A stretch of 64,000 nucleotides of DNA from NCBI GenBank assembly GCA_963785815.1, contig CAWAWN010000003.1:564811-628810 (forward strand). Direction: 5' to 3'. The notes beneath the pieces were generated by a model that saw nothing but the letters and a program-made list of their open reading frames with translations, was not told where the DNA came from and ran no database searches. Within the stretch, counting starts at the first letter, position 1. The number at the start of each line of letters is the position of its first letter. Position numbers and translations under genes: made by a program. The stretch comes from an uncultured Microthrixaceae bacterium. GTDB taxonomy: Bacteria > Actinomycetota > Acidimicrobiia > Acidimicrobiales > Acidimicrobilacustridaceae. Of the stretch, positions 1 through 11,956 are shown piece by piece.

Positions 1-28
1 GAGGGGTGCGGGCGGGCACACTGGGGCC

Positions 29-1246
29 ATGTCGTGGGCCCTGCTGATCCTGGGTGTCTGGTGTGCGCTGCACGCGGCCAACGCCTGGCGCCCCATCCGC
101 CGCAACCGCGTGCTCTACGTGTGGAGCTTCTTCGCCTCCTGGCTGACCATCGAGGGTGCGCCGGTGTGGCTGGTGCTCGAGGTGCTGGTCGGCGCCCTGC
201 TGGTGTGGGGCGGTGCCCTCAGCCAGCCGGTGGGCTGGATCGGACTGGCGTTGCTGGTCGGGTCGTGGCTGTACCAACTCGGCCTGCTGGCTCAGGGCCG
301 GGCCACCCGCGTGATCGCCACGACCGCGCTGGGGGAATTCGGCCACGACGCGCTGGCGGGCCGCGCCGCGGCCCACGTCCAGAAGGTGCGCGTCGAGCGC
401 AACGTGGTCTATCGCCGGGTGGCCGGCCGCGAGCTGCGACTCGACGTCTACCGCCCGCGGGCCGATGACGCCGTCGGCGAGCGCCGCCCGGCCATCCTGC
501 AGATCCACGGCGGGGCCTGGGTCATCGGCGACAAGCGCGAGCAGGGCCTGCCGCTGCTCAAGTACCTGGCCGCCCGTGGCTGGGTGGGCTTCAACGCCAA
601 CTACCGGCTCAGCCCGGGTGCCACCTTCCCCGACCAGCTCATCGACCTCAAGGCCGCCCTGGTCTGGATCCGCCAGCACGCCGACGAGTACGGCATCGAT
701 CCCGACTTCGTGGTGGTCACCGGTGGGTCGGCGGGCGGCCACCTCACCGCCCTGATGGCCCTGACCGCGAACCAGCCCCGCTACCAGCCCGGGTTCGAGT
801 CCGCCGACACGTCGGTGCAGGCTGCGGTGCCCTTCTACGGCATCTACGACTTCACCAACCGCAACGACACGATGCCGCCCGAGTTCCGCAACTGGATCGC
901 CCGGCCGCTGGTCATCAAGGCCTTCTTCGAGGACGAGCCCGAGCGCTACGCGGCCGCCTCGCCACTCGACCAGATCCACCCCGACGCGCCGCCGTTCCTG
1001 ATCGTCCACGGCGACAAGGACACGCTGGCCCCGGTGGCCGACGCCCGCACCTTCGCCGAACAGCTCCGGGCCGTGTCCCACGAGCAGGTCGTGTACGTCG
1101 AGCTGAAAGGCGCCCAGCACGCCTTCGACATCTTCGGCTCGCCCCGGGCGCGACGCATGGTGCAGGCCACCGAGAACTTCCTGTTCGCGGTGCACGAGGA
1201 CCACCGGCACCGGCACGACGCGGTGCGATCCACCAAGGCGTCCTGA
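29..1246 (+). CDS. alpha/beta-hydrolase (fold-3 esterase/lipase-like) with hydrophobic N-terminal membrane region
   Basis: 405-aa ORF. Hydrophobic N-terminal ~90 aa. Oxyanion-hole motif HGGAW, nucleophile elbow GGSAGG, C-terminal HGDKD...H. GC3-rich codons. Confidence 0.8.
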   Translation: MSWALLILGVWCALHAANAWRPIRRNRVLYVWSFFASWLTIEGAPVWLVLEVLVGALLVWGGALSQPVGWIGLALLVGSWLYQLGLLAQGRATRVIATTALGEFGHDALAGRAAAHVQKVRVERNVVYRRVAGRELRLDVYRPRADDAVGERRPAILQIHGGAWVIGDKREQGLPLLKYLAARGWVGFNANYRLSPGATFPDQLIDLKAALVWIRQHADEYGIDPDFVVVTGGSAGGHLTALMALTANQPRYQPGFESADTSVQAAVPFYGIYDFTNRNDTMPPEFRNWIARPLVIKAFFEDEPERYAAASPLDQIHPDAPPFLIVHGDKDTLAPVADARTFAEQLRAVSHEQVVYVELKGAQHAFDIFGSPRARRMVQATENFLFAVHEDHRHRHDAVRSTKAS

Positions 1247-1302
1247 TCAGCCCGACCCGCTCGGCCCGACCTGGACGGCCGGGGTCGTCGCGGCGCCGGC
1301 GG

Positions 1303-2547
1303 TTGAGCGGGGTGACCCCCATCGCGGTGGTGATGATGGCCGCGTACGTCGGCATGGGCCTGCCCACCGCCGCCATGGGCGTGGCCTGGAAGTCGATGCG
1401 GGTCGAGCTGCACCGGCCGCTGTCCAGCCTGGGCGTGGTGGTGGTCACCTTCACCGTGGGATACCTGGCGGCCACCACCGGCCATCGCCGCCTGAGCGCA
1501 CGCACCCACCCGGCCCGGTTGCTGGCCGTGGCATCCGGGGTGGCTGCGGCGGGCGCGCTGACCTTCGCCCTGACCCAGGGGTGGGCCGTGCTGCTGGTCG
1601 GCGCCGTCGCCCTGGGCCTGTCGGCGGGAACCGTGGATGCCGCCCTCAACGCCCAGGTCGCGCTGCACCACAGCCATCGCATGATGAACCTCATGCACGG
1701 CAGCTTCGGGGTCGGCGCCACCCTCGGCCCCCTGCTGATGACGGCCCTGCTCGGCTCGGGGACGAGCTGGCGTTGGGGGTACGCGGCCATGGGCGTGCTC
1801 CAGGTCGCCCTGGTGGCCGGGTTCGTGGTCACCGCCCGGAGCTGGACCCGTCCGACCCCGACCCCGACGCCGTCCGCCTCATCGCCGGTCGAGCTGGGCG
1901 AGGTCGAGCTGCCCGTGGTGTCGTCGGGCGACCCGGTCGACGGGCGGGCGGGATCCGACCTGGCTCCCCGCCCGCGGGGGGCGTCCGAGGTCGACCGCCG
2001 CCAGCGCCGAGCCAGCGCCTTGGGTCCGCTGGTGTTCCTGGCCTACGGGGCGGCCGAGGTGGCCATCGGGTCGTGGGCCTTCGTGCTGCTCACCGGTCGT
2101 GGGATGGGCACCGCCGCCGCTGGCGCCAGCGTCACGGCCTACTGGGGCGCGCTGGCCCTGGGCCGGCTGGGCATCGGGGCCGCCGGGTCGCGGGTGGCGC
2201 CCGCCGAGGTGCTGGCCGTCTCGACGGTCGGGGCCGTGGTCGGGGGGATCGGCCTGTGGGCCCTGCCCGGGGCAGGAGCCACGGTGTCGCTGGTCGCGCT
2301 CGGGCTCAGCCTGGCCGGGATGTTCCCGGCGCTGATGGCGCTCACGCCCGCTCGGGTGGGCCCGGCCCGCACCCACCGCGTGATCGCCAACCAGCTGGCC
2401 GCCGCGGTCGTCGGCGGGGCCGCCTGGTCGGCGGTGGTGGGCGTGGTGGCCCAACGGGCCGGGGCGTGGGCCATCGCCCCGGCGCTGGCCGCGGCCTGCG
2501 CCTTCCTGGCGGTCACCGACATCGCGCTCACTGCGTCGGTCGCCTGA
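1303..2547 (+). CDS. MFS transporter
   Basis: 414-aa ORF, about 12 hydrophobic segments separated by a central charged loop (typical 6+6 MFS layout). TTG start as given in the track; a GTG or ATG a few codons downstream is also possible. Confidence 0.7.
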   Translation: MSGVTPIAVVMMAAYVGMGLPTAAMGVAWKSMRVELHRPLSSLGVVVVTFTVGYLAATTGHRRLSARTHPARLLAVASGVAAAGALTFALTQGWAVLLVGAVALGLSAGTVDAALNAQVALHHSHRMMNLMHGSFGVGATLGPLLMTALLGSGTSWRWGYAAMGVLQVALVAGFVVTARSWTRPTPTPTPSASSPVELGEVELPVVSSGDPVDGRAGSDLAPRPRGASEVDRRQRRASALGPLVFLAYGAAEVAIGSWAFVLLTGRGMGTAAAGASVTAYWGALALGRLGIGAAGSRVAPAEVLAVSTVGAVVGGIGLWALPGAGATVSLVALGLSLAGMFPALMALTPARVGPARTHRVIANQLAAAVVGGAAWSAVVGVVAQRAGAWAIAPALAAACAFLAVTDIALTASVA

Positions 2548-2641
2548 CGCGCGCTTGCACTACTGTGCAACATCTCCGGGTGGGGAACCCGGGCGGAACA
2601 CATCGGTCGCCAGTCGTCGAAGCTGTCCCAGGGGGAATCTC

Positions 2642-4321
2642 GTGGATCAAGTCGCGCCTGCCCGCTCCCGTCGAGCCGCCGTCTCGCTCGTCGCCGTCCT
2701 GGCCGCGGTGACGTTGCTGGCTGCCGCCTGTGGAGGGAGCTCCAAGTCGGGCACCACCAGTGGCACCAACCCCAAGGCCGCCCAGAACGGCACCAACATC
2801 ACGGTGCCCAACCCGGGCGCGCCCAAGTCCGGGGGGTCGATCATCTTCGGGCTCAACGCCGAGACCAACGGCTGGAGCCCGGTGCTCGACGAGTGGGCCG
2901 GCTCCGCCTACATCGTGGCCGGCGCCATCTTCGACCACCTGGCCGAGTACAACGACAAGGAGCAGCCCACCCCGTACCTGGCCCAGTCGATCACCCCCAA
3001 CGCCGACTTCACGGTGTGGACGATCACCATGCGGCCGGGGATCACCTTCCAGGACGGCGAGAAGTGCGACGCCAGCGCGGTGGCGGCCAACTTCAACGCC
3101 CAGATCGCCTCGCCGTTGACCGGGCCCGTCTTCCAGACCGTGACCGCCGTGAAGGTGGTCGACGCCCTGACCGTGCAGCTGACCATGAACCAGCCGTGGT
3201 CGACCTTCCCCAACACCCTGACCACCCAGCCCGGGGCCATGGCCGCACCTCAGGCCATGCTGAACCAGAAGGACGGGGGCGCCACCCATCCGGTGGGCAC
3301 CGGGCCGTTCACGTTCTCGTCGTGGACCCCGAACTCGTCGCTGGTGGTGAAGAAGAACCCGAACTACTGGCGCAAGGGCTATCCCTACCTCGACGGGATC
3401 ACCTTCGAGGTCCAGCCCGACGCCAACACCCGCACCGCCTCGCTCGAGACCGGGTCCGACGACGCCATCGAGCAGCAGGACCCGGGGCAGATCAAGACGC
3501 TGGCCAGCGACGCCCAGGCCGGCAAGCTCCAGTTCTTCACCGACTCGGGCGTCTACCAGACCGAGTCGTTCCAGGCGCTCAACACCGCGACGGCACCCTT
3601 CAACGACCCCCTGGCTCGCCAGATCGTGGCCTACGCCACCGACCGGGTGAACCTCAACAAGGCCCCGTTCCAGGGGGTGTTCAAGCCGGCCGTCGGGCCC
3701 TTCAGCCCGAACGAGCCCTACTACGCGGCCGACACCGGCAACCCGGCCTACGACCTGGCCAAGGCCAAGCAGCTCGAGGGGCAGTACGAGGCCAAGTATG
3801 GCCACCCGCTGGCCTTCACCATGCTCATCACCCCGCAGTCGACGGTGCAGGCCACCGGTGCGTTCCTGCAGCAGGGCATGAAGGAGGCGGGGGTGACCAT
3901 GACCCTCAAGCCGGAGGAGCAGCTCACCCTCATCCAGGACGTCATCCTGGGCAACTACCAGTCGACGGCCTTCCTGCAGTTCGGCACGGTCACCCTGGAC
4001 ACGATGTACGTGTTCATCTCCAACACCACCATCAAGCCGGTGGGCGGCCTGTCGCTGAACTACACCCGGTTCAACGACCAGACCCTGACCGACGCCCTGA
4101 ACAACGCCCGCAAGACCGCCAACCTGCAGCAGCAGATCGCCCAGTACAAGATCGTGCAGGAGCAGTTGGGCAAGGACGGCAACTTCGTCTTCTGGGCCCA
4201 CAACCTGCAGTCGATCGCCTACAGCAACTCGGTGCACGGCCTGACGGGCTACAAGTTGCCCAACGGCGACACCGGCCTGACCCAGATCGTGCCGCTCACC
4301 TTCGACACCTGGAAGAGCTGA
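2642..4321 (+). CDS. ABC transporter substrate-binding lipoprotein (family 5, peptide/nickel type)
   Basis: Frame of ORF 2555-4321. GTG at 2642 gives a signal peptide with lipobox LAAAC followed by GGSSKSG. Length and motifs (KKNPNYWRKGYPYLDGITF) are typical of DppA/OppA-like SBPs. Confidence 0.85.
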   Translation: MDQVAPARSRRAAVSLVAVLAAVTLLAAACGGSSKSGTTSGTNPKAAQNGTNITVPNPGAPKSGGSIIFGLNAETNGWSPVLDEWAGSAYIVAGAIFDHLAEYNDKEQPTPYLAQSITPNADFTVWTITMRPGITFQDGEKCDASAVAANFNAQIASPLTGPVFQTVTAVKVVDALTVQLTMNQPWSTFPNTLTTQPGAMAAPQAMLNQKDGGATHPVGTGPFTFSSWTPNSSLVVKKNPNYWRKGYPYLDGITFEVQPDANTRTASLETGSDDAIEQQDPGQIKTLASDAQAGKLQFFTDSGVYQTESFQALNTATAPFNDPLARQIVAYATDRVNLNKAPFQGVFKPAVGPFSPNEPYYAADTGNPAYDLAKAKQLEGQYEAKYGHPLAFTMLITPQSTVQATGAFLQQGMKEAGVTMTLKPEEQLTLIQDVILGNYQSTAFLQFGTVTLDTMYVFISNTTIKPVGGLSLNYTRFNDQTLTDALNNARKTANLQQQIAQYKIVQEQLGKDGNFVFWAHNLQSIAYSNSVHGLTGYKLPNGDTGLTQIVPLTFDTWKS

Positions 4322-4328
4322 CCCGCCG

Positions 4329-4354
4329 CTCACTCCCGCCGGTTGGCGGGTGAG
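4329..4354. terminator. GC-rich hairpin between convergent genes
   Basis: CTCACTCCCGCC-GGTT-GGCGGGTGAG: 6+4 bp stem with a 2-nt bulge and tetraloop. Lies between the SBP stop (4321) and the hydrolase stop (4380). Confidence 0.4.
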
Positions 4355-4379
4355 GGCCGCCGTGCGCCCGATATCAGGG

Positions 4380-5261
4380 TCAGGGGGCGAACTCGTCGAG
4401 CAGGGCGGCCAGCGCCAGGGGCCGGTCACCCTGGATGCTGTGGCCGGCCCCGTCGACCACCACCACCTCGGCCGTCGGCTGGCGTCGCCGCAGCTCGGCC
4501 ACGTCGTCGTCGTCCACCACAGGCGAGAGCGACCCGCGGGCCAACAGGATCGGCACCTCGAGCGCCGAGATGGCCTCCCAGAGGTCGCCGAACTGGGTGA
4601 CCAGGTCGTCCAGGCGCTCGCCGAGGTGGTCGTAGCGCCACACCCAGGTGCCGTCGGGCTGCTCCTTGGCGTTGTGCAGCACGCCTCGGCGCAGGGAGGA
4701 CTTCGAACGCGTCGGGTTGAAGGCGATGGTGCGCTCGAGCAGGGCGTCGAAGCTGTCGAAGCTCGGCGGTCCGTCCACGAAGGCGACCACGGCCGCCGCC
4801 TTCTCCTGGTTCACGCCCGGGGTGACGTCGACCAGGACGAGGCGGTCGGCCACGTCGGGATGGGTGGCGAGGGTGGCGATGGCGGTGAGCCCACCCAGCG
4901 ACATGCCCACCAGGGTGGCGGCGTCGGGGGCCAGCGCGCCGATGGCCGCAGCCACGTCGTCGGCCATGGCCTGGGGCCGGTAGTCGCGGCCCGGTCGCCA
5001 ACCCGAGTGGCCGTGTCCGGGCAGGTCGATGGCCACCAGGGGACGGCCCAGGGCCAGGGCCGCCGTGTCCCAGGTGTGGGCGTTCTGGGCGCCGCCGTGC
5101 ACCAGGACGAGCTCGGCCGGCGCGTCGCCCCACACCAGGGCGCTGATGGGCGAGCCCGACGGCGTGTCGACCTGGGTGCGCCGCACGGGCAGGGGGTCGA
5201 ACGCCAACCCCACCTCGGCGGCGTTGTCGGCCAGCATCGAGAACTCGTCGTAGTCAGCCAT
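4380..5261 (-). CDS. alpha/beta-hydrolase
   Basis: Frame of ORF 4380-5513; ATG at 5261 (MADYDEF...). HGG-like LVHGGAQNAHTW, nucleophile elbow GMSLGG, C-terminal GAGHS. Confidence 0.8.
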   Translation of the reverse strand: MADYDEFSMLADNAAEVGLAFDPLPVRRTQVDTPSGSPISALVWGDAPAELVLVHGGAQNAHTWDTAALALGRPLVAIDLPGHGHSGWRPGRDYRPQAMADDVAAAIGALAPDAATLVGMSLGGLTAIATLATHPDVADRLVLVDVTPGVNQEKAAAVVAFVDGPPSFDSFDALLERTIAFNPTRSKSSLRRGVLHNAKEQPDGTWVWRYDHLGERLDDLVTQFGDLWEAISALEVPILLARGSLSPVVDDDDVAELRRRQPTAEVVVVDGAGHSIQGDRPLALAALLDEFAP

Positions 5262-5271
5262 GCCGGCCAGC

Positions 5272-5787
5272 CTAGGGTCCGGGCCGGCCGCCGCTTCCGC
5301 CGTTGGGAGCGATCCTGAACCCGGCTCCCGGGGGCGCGCAGTCGGCTCCGTGCGGGCACGGCGCGTAGAGGTACGGCTCGAGGCGGACCTGGGCGGACTG
5401 GCCCATCGGCGCGTCCGCAGGGAGGTGCAGGTCGGCGGTGAAGGCGCCGGTGGACGAGACGTCCACGCGGGCCAGCGCGGTGGGTGTTGGCGACGGGGGC
5501 GCGTCGACCGCACCGCTGTAGCTCAACAGGACGGTGGCCCGGGCGTCGGTCTTCGCACCGGCCGGGCAGCCGCCTGTGCTGCTCAGGCGGAAGGTGTCGC
5601 CGGGGGCGACCGACGACGGCCGCACGGTCATGGGCGTCGGGTAGCAGCGAGTCGTCGTCGAGTTGGCGTGGACGGCGAGGGCGAGCCCGATGGCGATGAT
5701 GAGCCCCGCGCTCGCCAGCACGAGTGATCGGCGCCGGTTCGGACTGGGCATCGGCGTTGTCCTCCTGGGCGTCGGACGTGGGTCCAC
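5272..5787 (-). CDS. hypothetical secreted or membrane-anchored Cys-containing protein
   Basis: 171-aa ORF. Basic N-terminus followed by a hydrophobic helix (LVLASAGLIIAIGLALAV), then four Cys. Stop is 10 nt upstream of the hydrolase start, so probably co-transcribed. Alternative start at 5751. Confidence 0.55.
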   Translation of the reverse strand: MDPRPTPRRTTPMPSPNRRRSLVLASAGLIIAIGLALAVHANSTTTRCYPTPMTVRPSSVAPGDTFRLSSTGGCPAGAKTDARATVLLSYSGAVDAPPSPTPTALARVDVSSTGAFTADLHLPADAPMGQSAQVRLEPYLYAPCPHGADCAPPGAGFRIAPNGGSGGRPGP

Positions 5788-5941
5788 GCGTCGGTCTCAG
5801 CACCGTCAGCACCGTCAGCGGCGTGGGCTCGAGCATCTGACGTCGGCGCGCCACGTCTGGTTCCGAGGCAGGCCCAAGGGATCTGGCGCGCCTGGCGCGT
5901 GGGACCTGTTCGACCGGGGCAGCCGATGCCCGAGGCGTGGG

Positions 5942-6652
5942 TCAGGTGGCCCGGCGGTTCCAGAGGGCTTTGAACATGGCGCCGGCGTAGAGGCCGAAGC
6001 CGATCCACAGGGCCGGGATGGTCCACGGCGACGGGATCAGGCCGGCCACCACCACCAGGTACACGAACAGCACCGCGGTGAGCGTGAGCTGGGGCATCGG
6101 CACCCAGCGCAGCCATCGGAACGGGTCGCGTCGCGATCGCGGCGTGCGGGCGTCGGGGAAGGTGCCGTCGCGCAGGCCGTGCTGGTGCACCAGGTGCAGC
6201 CGCAGCACCATGGCGTCGTCGAAGGCCACGCCGCACAACGGGCACCCCACCGTGAGCCCCGACTGCTGGTGGCTGCGCTCACGTGTGGGGTTGCCGAAGA
6301 AGTCCGTGGTCTCGTCGACATGGAACCCGTCGCTCCAGGCCCCGGCCCGCGACGGCGGCGGCCGGTAGCCGGCGGTCGGCTCCCCCCGGGGCGGCGCCCA
6401 GGTGTCACGCGGGCGGGGTCGATCGGTGAAGCCGACGCCCCCGTTCGCCTCGGGGCGAGGCCGCCAACCGGCGCGGATCAACGCCATGGCCTGGTTGATC
6501 TCCTGGGTGCGCGCCTCGGCCTGGGCCAGCTCCGCCGGCGACCCGTCGTGGTGCAGGTCGGGGTGGTGGGCGCGCAGCAGGTGCCGGTACGTGGCCTCGA
6601 TCTGAGCGGGCGACGCCTGGGGATCGAGTCCCAGCACCTTGTACGGGTTCAT
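5942..6652 (-). CDS. J-domain protein with a C2H2 zinc-finger-like motif and two C-terminal TM helices
   Basis: Frame of ORF 5942-6778; ATG at 6652 (MNPYKVLGL...). J-domain with HPD. CPLCGVAFDDAMVLRLHLVHQH motif. C-terminal hydrophobic segments. Confidence 0.75.
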   Translation of the reverse strand: MNPYKVLGLDPQASPAQIEATYRHLLRAHHPDLHHDGSPAELAQAEARTQEINQAMALIRAGWRPRPEANGGVGFTDRPRPRDTWAPPRGEPTAGYRPPPSRAGAWSDGFHVDETTDFFGNPTRERSHQQSGLTVGCPLCGVAFDDAMVLRLHLVHQHGLRDGTFPDARTPRSRRDPFRWLRWVPMPQLTLTAVLFVYLVVVAGLIPSPWTIPALWIGFGLYAGAMFKALWNRRAT

Positions 6653-6801
6653 CCGCACATCCCGTCGGCGCGGCCGTGGTCCGATCCAGGCGACACCCGT
6701 CGGAAAATCTCCGCGAATCGCCCGCACGAGCTTTTCGGATCGGCCACCATGGGCGGACGCCCCCGTCTCCCCACCCAAGACGTCGCCCCTTGGAGGATCC
6801 C

Positions 6802-7839
6802 ATGCAGCTCGGAATGGTCGGACTCGGTCGCATGGGGGCCAACCTGGTCCGACGGCTGGTCCTCGACGGCCACACGTGCGTGGTCTACGACGTCAGCGCC
6901 GAGGCGGTGTCGGCCCTGGCCGCCGAGCACGACGCCATCACCGGCACCACCACCCTCGACGACTTCGTGGCCGCCCTCGACACCCCCAAGGTGGCCTGGG
7001 TGATGGTGCCAGCCGCCTTCGCCGGCCAGACGGTCGACCAGCTGGCCGAGCGCATGAGCCCGGGCGACATCGTGATCGACGGGGGCAACACCTACTACCG
7101 CGACGACGTCGACCGGGCCGAGGCGCTGGCGCCCAAGGGCATCCACTACGTCGACATCGGCACCAGCGGCGGCGTGTTCGGCCTGGAACGTGGCTTCTGC
7201 CTCATGATCGGGGGCGAGGACGACATCGTGGCCCACATCGATCCGCTCCTGGCCACCATCGCCCCCGGCGCTGGCGACATCGGGCGCACCCCCGGGCGCA
7301 CCGGCGAGCTCGCCACCAGCGAGCAGGGCTACCTGCACTGCGGCCCCACCGGTGCCGGGCACTTCGTGAAGATGGTCCACAACGGCATCGAGTACGGGCT
7401 GATGGCCGCCTACGCCGAAGGCCTCAACATCATCCGGGGCGCCGACGTCGGGTTGCGGACGGCCGACGCCCAGGGTGACGCCGAGACCACCCCGCTGCGC
7501 GAGCCCAAGTACTACTCCTACGAGATCGACACCAAGGAGGTGGCCGAGGTGTGGCGCCGGGGCAGCGTGGTCGCCTCCTGGCTGCTCGACCTGACCGCCG
7601 CCGCGCTGGTCGACGATCCCCAGCTCGCCACCTTCGCCGGGCGGGTGTCCGACTCGGGCGAGGGTCGTTGGACGTCGCTGGCCGCCATCGACGAGGGCGT
7701 GCCTGCCCCGGTGTTGACCACCTCGCTGTACTCCCGGTTCACCTCTCGGGGCGAGGCCGACTTCGCCGACAAGATCCTGTCGGCCATGCGCAAGCAGTTC
7801 GGCGGCCACGACGAGAAGCCCCATGACGACCGCTCGTGA
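6802..7839 (+). CDS. gnd: 6-phosphogluconate dehydrogenase, decarboxylating (short Gnd/YqeC-like form)
   Basis: ATG 6802 preceded by GGAGGA. Rossmann motif MVGLGRMGANL. 6PGDH signature GHFVKMVHNGIEYG. Confidence 0.85.
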   Translation: MQLGMVGLGRMGANLVRRLVLDGHTCVVYDVSAEAVSALAAEHDAITGTTTLDDFVAALDTPKVAWVMVPAAFAGQTVDQLAERMSPGDIVIDGGNTYYRDDVDRAEALAPKGIHYVDIGTSGGVFGLERGFCLMIGGEDDIVAHIDPLLATIAPGAGDIGRTPGRTGELATSEQGYLHCGPTGAGHFVKMVHNGIEYGLMAAYAEGLNIIRGADVGLRTADAQGDAETTPLREPKYYSYEIDTKEVAEVWRRGSVVASWLLDLTAAALVDDPQLATFAGRVSDSGEGRWTSLAAIDEGVPAPVLTTSLYSRFTSRGEADFADKILSAMRKQFGGHDEKPHDDRS

Positions 7840-7863
7840 GGCGGGGCGCTCGCTGACGCGGGC

Positions 7864-8796
7864 GTGAGCGTGGCGCCGGGCGTCCGCATCCATGCGCTGG
7901 ATGGTCGCGCCGCCGTGACCCTCGAGGCCGGCCCCATGCGGGCCACGGTGGTGCCCGGCCTGGGCCTGGTGGGCACGTCCCTGCAACGCGACGGCGACGA
8001 GTTCCTCGCCCTGCCGCACTCGCTCGACGACTACGCCAAGGGCCACAGCACCGGGTTGCCGCTGCTGGCGCCGTGGGCCAACCGCCTGGCCGGCGACACC
8101 TACAAGGTCGGCAACCTGACCGTCGACCTGGCTGGTGCGCCCCGCGTGCACCGCGACGGCAACGGGCTGCCCATGCACGGCACGCTGGGCGCCGACGCCG
8201 GGTGGCAGGTGGTGCGGCTGGGCACCGACGCCCGCAGCGCGGTGCTGGTGTCGCGCCTCGACGTGGGCGAGCGCCCCGACCTGCTGGAGTCGTTCCCGTT
8301 CCCCCACGTGCTGACCGTCGAGCACCGCCTCGATGCCACCACGCTCACCGTGGCCACCACCGTGCGGGCCACCGGTCGGCGCCGGGTGCCGGTGACGTTC
8401 GGCTGGCACCCCTACCTGCGCCTGCCCGGCATCCGGCGCGGATCCATCCGGGTCGTCCTGCCGGCCCGCCGCCACCTGCTGGTCGACGAGCGGGGCATCC
8501 CCACCGGCGCCGGGCACCGCCTGGCCGCGGAGGCCGAGCCCCTGGGCAGCCGCACCTTCGACGACCTGTTCGCGCTGGGCCGCGACCGGCGCGTGGGGCT
8601 GGCCTCGAGCGACCACGCCCTCAGCCTGCTGTTCGACCGCAACTACGGCTACCTGCAGGTCTACGCCCCGGCCGATGCCAACCTGTGCTGCCTCGAGCCC
8701 ATGACCGCCCCGACCAACGCCCTGGTCACCGGCTCGTGCCCGTTCGTATCGCCGGGGCAGTCCTTCACCGCCCGCTTCAGCCTGACCGTCGCCTGA
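7864..8796 (+). CDS. aldose 1-epimerase family protein
   Basis: 310-aa ORF (GTG start). Mutarotase-like motifs [27 protein letters not shown]. Confidence 0.8.
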   Translation: MSVAPGVRIHALDGRAAVTLEAGPMRATVVPGLGLVGTSLQRDGDEFLALPHSLDDYAKGHSTGLPLLAPWANRLAGDTYKVGNLTVDLAGAPRVHRDGNGLPMHGTLGADAGWQVVRLGTDARSAVLVSRLDVGERPDLLESFPFPHVLTVEHRLDATTLTVATTVRATGRRRVPVTFGWHPYLRLPGIRRGSIRVVLPARRHLLVDERGIPTGAGHRLAAEAEPLGSRTFDDLFALGRDRRVGLASSDHALSLLFDRNYGYLQVYAPADANLCCLEPMTAPTNALVTGSCPFVSPGQSFTARFSLTVA

Positions 8797-8827
8797 TCAG
8801 ATCGCCGAATCGCCCCAGGAGCTCCCC

Positions 8828-10510
<1,683 letters not shown>

Positions 10511-10518
10511 GAGGCTCC

Positions 10519-11262
10519 GTGCAGGTACTCGGCATCGACATCGGCGGCACCGGCATCAAGGGCGCGGTCGTCGACACCACCACCGGGGAGTTCACCACCG
10601 ACCGCCTGCGGATCAAGACGCCGCACCCGGCCACCCCGGCCGCGGTGGCCGAGGTGGTCGGCCAGATCGCCGCGCACTTCGAGTGGTCCGGCCCCGCCGG
10701 GGTGACCTTCCCCGGGGTGGTCAAGGGCGGCACCATCCACACCGCGGCCAACGTGGACGAGGGGTGGATCGGCCACGACGCGGCGGGGTCGTTCGCCAGC
10801 GCGGTGGGTGGGCCGGTCGCGGTGGTCAACGACGCCGACGCGGCCGGGGTGGCCGAGGCCCGCTTCGGACATCCCGAGGCCCGCCACGGGGTGGTCCTGC
10901 TGCTCACCCTGGGCACGGGCATCGGCAGCGCGCTGGTCATGGACGGCCAGCTGATCCCCAACACCGAGCTCGGCCACCTGAAGATGGGGCGCAAGCAGCT
11001 CGACGCCGAGAAGCTGGCGTCCGAGCTGGTGCGCGAGAACGAGAAGCTGAGCTGGAAGAAGTGGGCGAAGCGGGTGAGCGTGTACCTGGAGTACCTCGAG
11101 AACCTGCTCTGGCCCGACCTGTACATCCTGGGCGGGGGCGTCTCCAAGGACCCGGACAAGTTCGTGCCCCACCTCAGCTGCCGGACCCCGGTGGTGGCGG
11201 CCCAGCTCGAGAACCGGGCCGGCATCGTGGGCGCGGCGCTGGCGGCCGAACCCACGCCGTGA
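10519..11262 (+). CDS. ppgK: polyphosphate glucokinase (ROK family)
   Basis: Last 247 codons of the 8890-11262 frame. GTG 10519 preceded by [22 protein letters not shown] and [25 protein letters not shown]. Confidence 0.9.
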   Translation: MQVLGIDIGGTGIKGAVVDTTTGEFTTDRLRIKTPHPATPAAVAEVVGQIAAHFEWSGPAGVTFPGVVKGGTIHTAANVDEGWIGHDAAGSFASAVGGPVAVVNDADAAGVAEARFGHPEARHGVVLLLTLGTGIGSALVMDGQLIPNTELGHLKMGRKQLDAEKLASELVRENEKLSWKKWAKRVSVYLEYLENLLWPDLYILGGGVSKDPDKFVPHLSCRTPVVAAQLENRAGIVGAALAAEPTP

Positions 11263-11338
11263 TCGGCGGGCCGCGGCCACGGCCGGATCCATGCCAGTTC
11301 CCTGATCCGCACCACCTCTGCTGTTAGCGTTCGGCGAC

Positions 11339-11836
11339 ATGACCGTGATCATCATCGTCCTCGTCGTCATCGTGGCCGTGGCGGCGGTGGCCGCGCTGGC
11401 GTTCGGTCCGGTGCTGAACAAGAAGGGCGACGCCGCCGTCAAGGCCTGCAAGGACGAGCTGGGTGCGGACAACATCGAGATCATCGAGCCCAAGGCGAAC
11501 GGGTTCGGGACCGAACCCGCGGCGGCCGGTGGCCTGCGCAGCATGGGATGCCTGGCGCTGAGCCACACCGACCTCATGTTCGTGACCTGGGCCCCGCAGA
11601 AGGAGTTCCGCATCCCCCGTTCGGCCATCACCTCGGTGGACACCTCGGCCGACGACCTGGCCGGGGTGCAGAAGGCCATGATCATGGTGGCCTACACCGG
11701 CGACGACGGCAGCGAGGTCACCGCGTCCTGGCGGCTGAGCGACATCGTCGCGTGGCTGACGGCGCTGGGCTACGACTTCGGTCCCGACGGACCGCCGGCC
11801 CCCGCCTCCGACGACGCGGACGACGCCGACGACTGA
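11339..11836 (+). CDS. hypothetical membrane-anchored protein with acidic C-terminus
   Basis: 165-aa ORF. N-terminal TM helix ([20 protein letters not shown]), a soluble domain, and a DDADDADD tail. GC3-rich. Confidence 0.6.
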   Translation: MTVIIIVLVVIVAVAAVAALAFGPVLNKKGDAAVKACKDELGADNIEIIEPKANGFGTEPAAAGGLRSMGCLALSHTDLMFVTWAPQKEFRIPRSAITSVDTSADDLAGVQKAMIMVAYTGDDGSEVTASWRLSDIVAWLTALGYDFGPDGPPAPASDDADDADD

Positions 11837-11843
11837 CCCCTGA

Positions 11844-11869
11844 CGGGCGCGGCCTTCTCGTCGCGCCCG
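11844..11869. terminator. hairpin between convergent genes
   Basis: CGGGCGCG-(10 nt)-CGCGCCCG, an 8-bp GC stem between stops at 11836 (+) and 11957 (-). Confidence 0.5.
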
Positions 11870-11956
11870 CGACCCCCGAACGCGATCACGCCCGGACCTG
11901 GCCGGGTCGCAACTCCTCTGTCGTGGCGCCGGGATCCGGGCCGGACGCGCCGGTGC

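Noticed and set aside
786-800. GGGTTCGAGTCCG, resembling a tRNA T-loop.
   Set aside because: The flanks do not form a T-stem (the third pair would be G-G) and no acceptor or anticodon arms are present. It lies inside a well-supported hydrolase CDS (…PGFESAD…).
2528-4429. 633-aa minus-strand ORF.
   Set aside because: Exactly antisense to the well-supported SBP gene. It is Gly/Arg/Val/Pro-rich low-complexity translation typical of shadow ORFs in GC-rich DNA. The same applies to 6649-8616(-), 8777-10036(-), 14528-17077(-), 22070-24814(-), 28551-30875(-), 31447-33468(+), 34894-37128(-), 37789-40461(+), 40549-43200(+), 46397-48634(+) and 53548-56085(-).
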